Shown here: piece by piece, positions 22,833-34,334 of the stretch | How positions within the stretch are numbered: the first letter of the stretch is position 1 | How the letters are laid out: the number at the start of each line of letters is the position of its first letter | NCBI GenBank assembly: GCA_965202585.1 | Contig: OZ241834.1 | Coordinates: forward strand, 19,778,001-19,842,000 | DNA: 64,000 bases | Direction of reading: 5' to 3' | From: Thalia democratica | Taxonomy: Eukaryota | Notes under the pieces: model-generated | The model's database searches: none | Told to the model about the DNA's origin: nothing | What the model saw: only the letters and a program-made list of their open reading frames with translations | Program-made: the position numbers and the translations under genes

Positions 22833-23819
22833 TCAAACGTCCCACAAAGCCTTCATCATGTCGTAGTTGATCTTGTGATTCAACACGCTGTCTCCTTTGT
22901 AATCTTCGTGATCTTCAACGAACCGTCTCATTTTCTGCGCCATCGTGAGCGTCTCGCCTGAAGCTATGCCGCCTAAGTGGCTCATGTAAGCGCTGAGCTT
23001 CTCTGAAGTTTCAACGGTGTGAGCTTCACTCTTCAAATACTCTTTAACGAGCCCGATCAGCCCGATGAAGTCTTTCCCGTCGCCGTTTATAATTTTGTCT
23101 GCAGATATCAGCACCACATTTCCTTTCTCACCACCACCAACTTGCAGTTTGCCGGGAAAGCTGAACTTTTGCGTCCTGACGGCGTCCCTCTTTTGCGCCT
23201 TGTCCATGTTCGAGTGATGCCCAAACAGGGGAGTGGTCAAGTCCACGTCAAACTTCGCGAAAGCCCTGACCAACAGCACCACGAACGTGGCAAAAGCGGC
23301 GTTTTCGAAATCGCTCGGTTGAATTTCCAAGACACGGAACTCGCACCTCCAGCCGATCGGCGACTTCGGTCCGGGAGGCGGCTTGAACCTCACCGGTCGA
23401 TAGACGGAACTGTTCATGTGCTCGAAGTAGCAGTAGCTCTCTTCAGCGTCCGAGTTTTCATTGGACACGAGGAACGGGTCTCGCACCCAAACATGGGCGA
23501 CGTGCCTCGACACGGCCTCGTCGACACCTCGAGAAATGAGAAAATCGAACACTTGTCGGTCGTACGAAACAGGAACGTCGTTGAGCTTGAGGTGATCTTC
23601 GCGCAAGAACATATCCGCCGAGTCCCAACGCGAGCTCTTCACCGTTTTCGTTTCTTCTCGCGTCCGATCGTCGTTGCACTGCACCATCATCGTCCATCTG
23701 GTGTCCACGTCTGACACGAAGCCGCGAAAAAAGGGGCTGGAGGCGCTCATGGCCATCAAAATTGGCGAAATTGCCACGAGCTGGTCGTACACTTTCTTGC
23801 ACTGGTCCAAGTCGGCCAT
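22833..23819 (-). pseudogene. GCLC: 5'-truncated GCLC-family paralogue; open 328-aa ORF covering only the C-terminal half
   Basis: 16 amino-acid differences over 327 residues versus 7211-8194. The N-terminal half (WGDE and E..E metal ligands, CCLQ) and the native upstream region are deleted. Confidence 0.8.
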
Positions 23820-26059
23820 TTAATAAATAAAGTCTTCAAGTTAATTTGTAGTTTTTAAATAGCTTATCTTATAAATGCTATACATTATACTATTTTAAAC
23901 AAAAATAGTAAAAAAGATTTTTGTAAATAAGTTTTTCATCTATTTTTCTGTAACTTTATTCAAGTAGATTTTTGGACAAAACTATGAAGAGTTTTGAGTA
24001 CTTTCAACACTGTAAAAGGCAAAAACTGGTTGGATTTAAACTTAAATAACTTTTCAAATACTTTAAGCAGAAAGTAACAAAACCATTTTTGAAACGAAGA
24101 AATCAAGCTCAGTTTAACTATATTGAACACTTATTTTGATTTTTTATTGAGCATTTTTTTTAACAGTCAATGGCTGCTTGAACCCTGTTTTCAGCCAACT
24201 TAGGAGCAATTAAAATATACTTGACTAGAATTTCAAACGATAAAATAGCACAAATAATTTTTTTTAGCTTTGAAATAACTTTTCTAAAGTTATTACCTTA
24301 ATTCTGATATATATACAAAAACTAAAAGCTTGAAACAACTAAGCTAAAACAACTTAGCTAAATCAACTAAGCTAAAACAACTAATAAAACGTTTAAACGA
24401 CCCGCCATGTCCTGAACAAGAGTGACGTTTAGTTGACAAGAGAGAAGACATGCTTTGTTTCAAAGCATCCGTGGCGTGCGACTCGATAACCGAAAGGTTC
24501 TGCACTGTTCAAGTCTCGTGAACCTTGGACTAAATATTTTGAATGTCTTTTTTGTCGATCATTAAATTATAATAATATCATAAACAATTAAACAAAAACT
24601 CAAACAAAAAATGTAGATAGAAAAATGTCCTAGTAGTCTTTATCAATAGTATATGTATGAATAAATGGCAAGCTTTCACATTAACTTAAGTAAATTGCTA
24701 TATTCAAAATTATATAGCTTGAGACCTTTCTACTACAATCTATGAAACATTTAAAGTGATACAAAAATTATTTTTAGTAATGTTGTACCTTAATTCATTG
24801 TTAGTCATGCTGTTTTTACTTTCAAGTTTTTACTTTATATGAGTACGGTTGAAGTTGAATAAAAATGCACATGGCTAAATTATTTTATTTTTATATACTA
24901 AATTTATTTCATGCAAGTAATGAACTTGCGTTAAAGATAAAGGAGTTTGTAAAAATTTAAAATAAATAAAAAACTAATAAGAAATAAAATCATAAATTTA
25001 TATCTTCTAGTATGTTTGTTACATAATATTTAAACTGACAAGTATAAATAATTATAGTAAAAATACATAACTTAAGAATATTTGTTGACATTAACTACAG
25101 TTTTAAACTTGTTTTTGTAACACTTAATCGTTTTTTTTGTGGTTGTTCACTTATTTGTGTTTTACTTTTTAAGAGTTTGTTTTCTTAAATACCTAAATAA
25201 ATTGTTTCATTCTATTTTTTAAACGATCGGCGTAAAATAAAAGGTTTTTGACTTAAATATACTTTTAACGCGTCAAATTTTTTTTAAACACTTAAAAAAA
25301 AAGACAAAATCCTAAAATGAATGATTGAATTTTTAAAAAAGATGTTAACCAAAAAATTTTTTTTCACATATACACAAAAAATAGAAATAGAGTACTAGTA
25401 GCAAAATAACTGTCTTCAAACTAAGGAAAGAAAAATATGGTTATTACAGAAGTACAAAAAAGTATAAAATTAAAACTTTTATCAATATCAACAAAACGAT
25501 ATTAAAACACTATTTGTTTTTTTAGGTGAAAAGCTTACTAGCAAAAATTAAAAAAGTAATGAATATACCTAAACATCATGAACTTATTTAAAATTTTTTA
25601 GCGTTTGTTGATGTAAAATTATAATTCTAACAAATGAAGGGGAATAAAACAAAGAATTGTTCAAAGTTTTAAAACTTTTTAAAATGTGAGTGGTTTTAAA
25701 GAAAACGTTTGTTGGTTTTACCAGCTTAATTATTTTGGTAAACATACTAATTTTTTTTTTTCTAATTATAAACTAAGATGATAATTTTTTAATTTCACTA
25801 AACAAAAAAATAAGTTAAATTCTCATTTGTAGTAAAAGTAAAATTCTAAGAAGTTCTTATAAAGTATTTTGTCGCATACCAAAACGATAATTTGATTAAA
25901 AATCAAAAACTTACTTTTTTGAAACCAAACCCTACTGTACTTTAATTCTCTTTCATGTGCGTGTGCAATGAAGCGAAACGTTCTAGTTTACTATGACGTC
26001 ACAAGCAAATTATTACTTGCATGCAATAAAATATTAACAGACAGTTGACAGTTATCACC

Positions 26060-26211
26060 ACTCTTCAGTATAGGTGATCCTTACCTGCGTTTACTCAAGT
26101 AGTAGACCAGTAAGATCATCAAATGATGACTGCGGTATGATGATTCTCATATGAGTTATATTCTACCGCGCCTCAATTGGAATCGCAACTCTAATTGAGG
26201 ATTGTCTGATG
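26060..26211 (+). ncRNA. SNORD118: U8 (SNORD118)-type snoRNA, copy 2
   Basis: ACUCUUCAGUAUAGGUGAUCCUUACCUG, hairpin, AUGAUGA, stems GCGGUA/UACCGC and CCUCAAUUGGA/UCUAAUUGAGG with a GCAAC loop, box D CUGA at 26206-26209. Confidence 0.85.
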
Positions 26212-28118
26212 CTAGCCATGACTGAAGAGTTTTTATCTTTTGAGAAAGATTTTTAATACATTAAATGCTTATATGAAAATTCCCGGTAAATTTTTCTTAT
26301 AGAATGCAGTTAAAAATTATTTGAAACAGAAGTAATAGTATCTAGTTTAAATGAAACTTAGCAATACTATGAATAAAATTTCATAAATCAACCATATATT
26401 AAATGAGAAAAAGCTGTCTTTTTAATAAAGCATTGTTAGTTATGAAAAAAACTATCAAAATAAAAAGTTAAAATAAAATACTCTTTTTAAACCTCAACCA
26501 CTGCAAACAAACTTTCGAAAACAACAAGTTTTTTAACAAAGCTGTTTTCATGCAACAAACAGCAGCGCCACAGAAGTCATTCAGGCGCTTGTTTTGACCA
26601 TTGAAAAATATTCCTTATTCTGGAACACAAGTAGGCACAAGACATCACCCTTCAGGATATAGATGAATAGGTATAGATTTTTATAAGTTATCAAGTTTAA
26701 AAATATTTTTTAATATTACGTTATAAATGTAGTCTTTTAAACAGTTTTTTAGTAATTTGAAAAAAAAATTATGACTATTATTATTTTTTAAAGTGTAGAA
26801 TTAACCTTAAATATATGAAAATAATTTTTTATACGCTATCCTTTTATATTAACTACTAAATTATTGGAAATTGAAAATATTAAACTAAAAAACTAAACAA
26901 GAACAAAATAAAGATGTTAAATGAGTATTGTGAAACTTTTTTATATTGAATTTTCTTTCTTTTTAGTTACACCTTAGACCATTGATCTTCTGCTTATTAA
27001 AAAGCTGTGCTCATTAAATTACAGAAAAATAAGTACTGTGCTCACTAGACTATAAAAGTATAAATTCTTGTCTAAATTCCCTCTATTTTATTTTCTATAT
27101 TGATTAGTTAATGTATAAATAATTTGTAAACTGATTGTTTTCGTTATAGTTAGTTTTTTCTAACAGAATGAGGCAAATCAAACGCCAGTTAAAAAACAAA
27201 CTTTTACTTTACTTACTCTATCTTGTGCAGTATAACATTCATAAGCACACTACTTAGGTGAACACTGTGAAGACACTGGTTCAAACTATATCAAATACTT
27301 TTGAAAATAACACGTGATAAAAGTAAGAGCTTTTTTTTAACTCATATACACTGTATAGTTATATACAGTTCTATTTACTACAAAATGCGCTGCAATAAAA
27401 AAAAAACTATTTTCAGAGTACTTGCAGCTTCTTTATCAATAAAGTTGATATCAGCCAATCTGTGTCTGAAGCCTAAAACTGGAACTACTTCCTCACAAAT
27501 AATAAAAACTACAGTCATTTTTACAAAAACTAAATTAACTAAACAGAAACTTAGAATCATCAATTAGAATAAATCTAATGCAAAAATTAAAAGCATCAAA
27601 AAAGAAAAGTAGTAAATTTTATACTCACTTATACAAAAATTAAAATACATCAAGCGTACTAACAAGCATCTAGTTTTAAACAAAAAATAACAATTTTTTG
27701 AGTAGTCTTTTATTAGAAAACTGTCTTATTAATAAAGCATAACTATTTAGGAAAACACCCTTAATAAAGCAAAAAAATGCTAAGAATTTTTTTTTAACCT
27801 CAAACACTACAAACAAACTTTCGAAAATAACAAGTTATTTAACAAAGCTGTTTTCATGCAACAAAAAGCAGCGTTACAGAAGTCCTTCAGGCGCTTGTTT
27901 TGACCATTGAAAAATAAACCTTATATTAATTTTTAGATAAACAAGATTTTAGTTCTGAGTTATCAAAATAAAACTTGGAAGTTTGCTTTGAACTAAAGTT
28001 GTAAGTCTTATTTAGAAGTGAATTGTTTTTAATTGATAGCCCTATGTAGTTTAAATAAAAAAGTTCCGAGTTATTGAAAAGAAAATCAAAGCATTTTGTT
28101 AAATGTAAAAACTGTGAA

Positions 28119-30124
28119 CTAAAAATGAAATTTTATTATATCAAAACTCTCTTGTGAGCACTCGTCTTCTTTGTATGGACATTCTATTTCCCAATTACAA
28201 GATCCACGCAAGTCAAACAAACTGTTGAGTACTTTATGATCATAAGACATTAACATGTTATTTTTACTATCATTATAGTAAGCATCCAAAAAAAGAGCGC
28301 TTAAATAGTCCTGTTTAAACATCGTAATATCTTCATACTCTCCTGACACAACATCAAATGAACGATTAAACGCAGTTTGTCCTTTAGCACATCTTTGCTC
28401 GTCTACATTTTCAAATTCAATCTGAAAGTAGTTAATTGCAACGCTAAATATTATCTCAGTGCTGCAGTACTTTTCGTCAACGCCTCCCGGCAAGTCGTAC
28501 TCCAAGTTGCACAGCAAAGTAAAGTTGTATTTCTTGTAGTTTAAACCATTAACTTCGTGAAAGAAACGACAAAGAGGTCGAACTTCTGACTTTTCGCACG
28601 CACATTCATCCGACAAGTCCTGGCAATCTACTGTTCCATCGCACACTTGGTTTTTGAGGACAATTGTTCCATCAAAGCATCTAAAACACGAAATTTTTCC
28701 ATACTGATCGAAACAGCTGTCTTCTTGATTAATACAGTGTGTATTGTTTTTGTTGAAGGGTAATTTAGGCTGAGGTACTGTGACATTTTTTAAAATGTAG
28801 CCAAAGTCTAAAACATCAATTGTGGGTATTTCACACTTTAAGCCAAACATGTTCATTGAAACAAACTTTTTGATTCTTTCAAGCATCTTGCTTTGGTTTA
28901 AACGAATTATATCAGAAAAAGACTCGTTAGTAAACTTTGTTATAAAGTTAGACCGAGCATAAATAAAAGCCTTGTTAGATACAAAATAACGAAGATACGT
29001 TTGGTTGTATTTACAACCTTCTATTTCGTCGGATCCATCAATGCAGTTTACGTATCCGTTGTATTTTAGTTTCTTTGGTAAGCACCTACTTTGATCTATG
29101 CACAAAAACAACTGGTCGTGCGTGCAGTTTGTGATAAATATTTTTTTTTCTTCTATTCCAAACGGGCAGTCAGAATTACCATCTCCGACCATTTCGTAAG
29201 AAAGACATCTGTTGTGTGTGATTGCGTGGTGGTTTCCTGTTTTTAAACCATAGTAACTTAAATACAACTTACATAACTAGTTTATAAGTTAATGAAATTG
29301 TATTTTAACCTCCATTTAAGTCAGCAATTGGATTATTGTTCATTGTACAGCTAAACTCGTATTCGAAACAGATAAAATTTTCAACATTTTCATCCGACCC
29401 GTCACTGCAGTCTTGTATGTTGTTGTTGACAGAACTCCTATGAACGCACTTTGTTTTGCCTGATTTGCACTCAAACTCGAAACTATGTTCACATGCTATC
29501 TGTGAAGCCTGTTTTTTGAAGAGTTAACTTCAAGAGGTCAGTTTTAAAAAACAATTCAAGCACAGTGAGTTTACTTTTTGAATGATATAAGTTTGATATA
29601 AATATTAACTTTCTTATAGTCACAACTTGCTGCAAGTCTGTCTTGAAATGATTTTTCGCTTCCATTTCTGTTAACTTTTAACTCAATATAGTTAAAAATC
29701 CAATGAGATTCTTTTTTTATGCATGCATAACAACTAAAAACAGTTATTTTGTTAGCACTTCGAAAAAAAAAGTTATGTCTTGAGATTAAAATGATTAATA
29801 AATAAAAGTTTCCCTAAACAATTAAATCTAAATGCATACAGTTTTACCTAGTTTGAAATTTTTTTTTTACTATTTAATATATATTTAAACAACTCTGATA
29901 TTTGTTTGCACATGTTTACCGATGAAATGTGGAGTAGTTCACAAAACTTTCGTCGGTATCTATCTCTGTTATATGCATGCTGTTGTCATCGCACATGTAA
30001 TACGAGTATTCCGCACAAGCCGCCCGCCTCGTTTTTTCTTCAGCGCAAATTTGTCGTCCGTAAGTGTTCCTGCATTGTGTCTCGTTTTCAGTGCAGCTTC
30101 TTGTTGGAATGAAATTTTCATATT
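28119..30124 (-). CDS. Multi-exon cysteine-rich LDL-receptor class A repeat protein; 5' exon not located, 3' end probably frameshifted or truncated
   Basis: Phase-consistent GT-AG exons on the minus strand: 30124-29920, 29667-29610, 29508-29310, 29236-28119. LDLa motifs DCSDGSDE, CIDGSDE, QVCDGTVDCQDLSDEC, ECPYKEDEC, plus many N-glycosylation sequons. Confidence 0.75.
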
Positions 30125-30943
30125 CTGTAAAAATATGGCGAGACTTGGTGCAATTTAAGTTATCACTTTGTGTTCTTTTAAATGTTTGTTTTTATGGTAT
30201 AATAAAACTTATTTTTATAAAATATAATATAAACAAAGACGAAAATTAAAAACTTATCTTAGTGTTGTTACAAGAATATAAAAATATAGATTGTTCTAGC
30301 AATTATTTATCGATAATATTATACTTAAATTAGAATACATAAAAATTTTTAGGTACTTGGATTTGGGTAGTACTCAAATAAATAGTACTTAAAGTCATCA
30401 TCTTTTTGTGTTGTTAAATAACTTTTGATCAACAAAGTGAAAACTATTGAAAAAAGAAAAAAATAGTAGGACATGAAAATTTTAATTTCGAGTTTGTTTC
30501 TAATATATGTTTAAAAATATAAAACCTGCAGAATATTTAAATAGTTCTAGGATACTATACAACATAAAATACTTAATCTATAACTTTTTGGTAATGAAAA
30601 TAATACATAATATACATTATTATATGTCTTGAACTTTTGCTTATACAAGTAATTGCTTTTACCATTGGTATAGTTAAAAAGCTTTGTAAAGTATGCTAAA
30701 ATTTATAAAAATATAATTTTTAAAATTTTTCTTTTTCTTTAAGAAATACAACTAATCAAAGACTTTAACTATATTGTTATTTTCCTCTAAATGAATTTAT
30801 ATTGAAATTGTAGTACTTAATAAATATTAAACAAGTTACATAAAAATAAAAACAAATTAACAATATTAAAAGAAAAAAAAAACATTTTTAAGTTGTTTTG
30901 TTTGTTGATAAAACTATCTCTACTTAATTTTAATCATGTTAAC

Positions 30944-31121
30944 CAGGGGTCAACAGCCTTTGATAGTGGGGGTAAGTTTTCTAAAAAATATTTTGCGAGC
31001 ATATTAAATGAAAAAAGTCTGATACTTTTAGTATAAAAAGTTGAGCAAAACTTTTTGGCCTGAAACATGCATATTCAGAAACTTTTGGCAGACTTGGCCG
31101 CAGTCAGTTTGACAACCTCTG
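30944..31121. mobile_element. Possible degenerate hAT-type MITE
   Basis: Ends CAGGGGTCAACAGC / TTTGACAACCTCTG are imperfectly inverted; no matching TSD. Confidence 0.35.
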
Positions 31122-32211
31122 AACCAAAACATAATGACTTTTTTTAAAACTATTACGTGCATTGTAATAATGACCTACTAACAGTATTAAATGTTTTAAC
31201 CGTAAATTAAAGTCATTAAACAAGTAGAAACAATCCTGAAATACGTTTTTAAAGGTTTAACTTAATCTTAATTATAAAAAAATAAAGTTGTAGCTTGGAC
31301 TAGTTTTTCTCTAAAACAATTTTTATTTGTCAACCAATTTACATAAAACTCGATGATTAAGCTTTATACAAAATAAAAAGTAAAACATATAGACATATAG
31401 CTTTTAGTAGAATCAAATGTAATCAACATTGTTAGATCCGGCGTTAATAACTTACTGACAAAAATCCAAAGTATAGCAAAACTATTATTGAAAACGATAC
31501 TTGAAATAAAGACGGAAACGTTTAAAGATAAATTACTCCAGTTTACAACCTAAGTTATGTAAGCGGACCTATTTAAATTATAACGTTTCCTTATTTAGTC
31601 TAACTGCTTTGTTACAGTTTGATAAATATTTGCTATTTGTTGATTAGTCATTCATTTTTGTTACAATAAAAAGTCCTGTTTGGTTTGTACAGTTTTGAAT
31701 ATAAAACAACTCAAAGGTTTAGTTTAAAAGGAAATCTTTTTTAAGCTTAAACACGTGACATAAACAAACAATTTTAACATGTACATTTTGAGCTAAACTT
31801 TGTTGATGTTTTAACTAAAAAAAATAATGTTTTATTAACGAATTACTATATCAAACAACCTCATAAAGTTTTGAAAGCGTTTAAAAAACTTAGACTTTTT
31901 GTATAACATAAACTTTAGAAATAGCTGTTTCAATATATTTTTTTTCATAATAGTAGTCTAGCATAGCGTATGAATTTGAATGAAGTAATTTTATTCAACA
32001 AAATAAGTCAAATAAGTTTTTTCTCAGAAACGTAAATGTTTAATTGTTTTAATCATTGCACGGTTTTTGACAATAGTAAACAACCTTAATTTACCTAAAA
32101 GAGCTTATAGTTCTAATATCATTTGCAATTTTATATAATATTTTTTTTTAATAAATCTCTATACTTAAAGCTTTGTGAACCGTGTCTTCGGTTTTTTGTC
32201 AAACAGTGATG

Positions 32212-32390
32212 TACCGGACCCGGATCCGGTCTTTTTTTTCAAATTAGGATCCTGCCGGAACCGGATCCGGGTTTTTTTTCAAATTAAGATCCGGCCGGAA
32301 CCGAATCCGGATTTATTTTTCAAATTAAGGTCCGGCCGGAACTGGATATTTTTATCAAATTAAAATTCGGACGGATCTGGAACCGGATTT
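32212..32390. repeat. Tandem repeat, about 40-bp unit (CCGGAACCGGATCCGG-T-rich-CAAATTAAGAT), about 4.5 copies
   Basis: CAAATTA recurs at 32240, 32280, 32321 and 32356. Confidence 0.85.
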
Positions 32391-33069
32391 TTAATACTCT
32401 ATGTTATTTATAATGCAAGTAGTATAAAAACTACTATGTACAATAATGCAATTTTATATAACTAACTACTAACTAAGTATAATTGTGTGAAGTTTATCTT
32501 TTATTTGTTATATCTACCTATATGCTTTTGAATTTTGAAAAATTATAGTTTAAAAAAATTTAGATAAAAGTATTATTGGCTACTAAAATAATTAAATATA
32601 AAAAAGTTTATGATATGTTATTAAGGTCTAGTTCAGATTAACAGTTAAAAATAGTAGCTGGTATGTTTGCTAATTTTCTGAACAAAATTTACATATAAGT
32701 TTTATTAAAATTGAAAGAACAAAAGAAAAACCTGAAATTGAAAGAACAGTAAAAAAAAACTTCAAATTGAAAGTACAATAAAAAACACTAAAATATCTTT
32801 TTTGCTAAATTTATAAACTTTCCATGATTTTTGGCAACCAGAATATCACCTAATTTTAGCTAATATCAGGGTTGCCACTCTTTGATTCAAAAAAACTAAT
32901 CTGAGTGATTATAAACTTACCTGAGTCAGAATGAGGTTTAGGAAAACCATTAAAAAAATTATTACTGTAAGCTTATAATCAGTAGAACAGCTAGCCACAA
33001 GGTTGAACATTTTAAGTAATGTTTATAATTAAGGCTATAGGGGGGTTAAACACTTTTTTTACAAGTTAA

Positions 33070-33664
33070 TCTTATTTAATAGAATACTATCTTAGCTACC
33101 ATATGCTTTTTATAGCTTTACAAAATTCAAAGTAGTTTTTGTGATATAAACGGACAAAGCCGGAGAGTTCCACAGGGACCTAATAGAAGGCGCAAGCTAA
33201 AAACGCGGAAATATTAATTTCACTAAAAATCTATTTCCTCCTAGGTTTTTTAAGCTAGGTACCACAAATTTTCAAAAAATATTCCTTACACAGTTTAAAA
33301 GCTTTTGAGTGCTGGAATTTCAAATAATTGAAATTTACAAATTTAATGTCTAAAATTCACAAAAAAGAACTCTTTTTTTTGAAAAAAAGGGGAATTTTTC
33401 TCAAAATAAAAAAGTTTCTTAAGTCAAATGATTTGAAATTTAGTAAAGAGTAAACTGTAAAAATTTGAATAAGATTGCTTAAAAACTGTAGGTGGAGGTA
33501 GATTTTTAATGAAATGGTTTTTTTTTCGCCTTTTTAGTTTCCACCTTCTATAAGGAAGCTATTGAGCTGGCCGGCTTTGACCCCTTTTATCTCGAAAAAT
33601 ACTTTGAGTTTTGTTAAGCTGTAAAAAGTATCTGGTAGCTAAGATTAAAATCTATCAAAAAAGA
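33070..33664. mobile_element. MITE with about 100-bp imperfect TIRs flanked by TTAA
   Basis: Left ATCTTAGCTACCATATGCTTTTTATAGC...AAAGCCGG mirrors right CCGGCTTTG...GGTAGCTAAGAT. TTAA at 33066-33069 and 33665-33668. Confidence 0.65.
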
Positions 33665-34098
33665 TTAATTGATATTAAAAATCGATTGTCAAAGAAAAGG
33701 GCACACATTGTACAATTTTTTTCATAATTATAATTAAAAGAAAACTAATGAAAAAAAATATATATAGCTGATCTAAGTCATTAATTTTTTTTAAATGTTA
33801 GTGGTTATAAGGAAAATGTTTGTTGATTTTACTAGTTTAACTATTTAGTTATACACTCAAAATATAAACATTCAATTTTTAAAGATAAACTAAGATGATA
33901 ACTTTATTAAATTTAAAACAATACTTTTGAATATAATTTGCTTAAAAAATTTAAATTCTAATAAGTCGTTATATAGAATATTTTGCAGCATACTAAAAGG
34001 ATTAAACAAAAGCTTAACTTTTTATAAAACACAAACCCTCCTGTACTTTAATTCTCTTTCATGTTCGCGTGCGATGAAGCGAAACGTTGTAGTGTATT

Positions 34099-34132
34099 AT
34101 GACGTCACAAGCAAACTATTACTTGCATGCAA
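34099..34132 (+). promoter_or_regulatory. Candidate U8 proximal promoter: ATGACGTCAC (-67 to -58) and TTGCATGCAA (-43 to -34)
   Basis: The same motifs sit at the same distance upstream of all three U8 copies (ATGACGTCAC also at 25993-26002, and at 2980-2989 on the minus strand). Confidence 0.55.
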
Positions 34133-34165
34133 TAAAATATTTATAGACAGTTGACAATTATCACC

Positions 34166-34317
34166 ACTCTTCAGTATGGGTGATCCTTACCTGCGTCTAC
34201 TCAAGTAGTAGACCAGTAAGATCATCAAATGATGACTGCGGTATGATGATTCTCACATGAGTTATATTCTACCGCGCCTCAATTGGAATCGCAACTCTGA
34301 TTGAGGATTGTCTGATG
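34166..34317 (+). ncRNA. SNORD118: U8 (SNORD118)-type snoRNA, copy 3 (best consensus match)
   Basis: ACUCUUCAGUAUGGGUGAUCCUUACCUG, hairpin 34195-34213, box C 34229-34235, stem 34238-34275, stem 34277-34306 with a GCAAC loop, box D 34312-34315. Confidence 0.88.
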
Positions 34318-34334
34318 CTAGCCATGAATGAAGA

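Larger units (their letters stand above)
21480..27500 (-). repeat. Right arm of the inverted segmental duplication; lacks the equivalent of about 5083-7208
   Basis: See the left arm. Homology jumps from left-arm position about 5080 directly to 7209 at position about 23819. Confidence 0.9.

Noticed and set aside
32212-32390. CRISPR-like array
   Set aside because: The context is eukaryotic and the units are tandem with no unique spacers.
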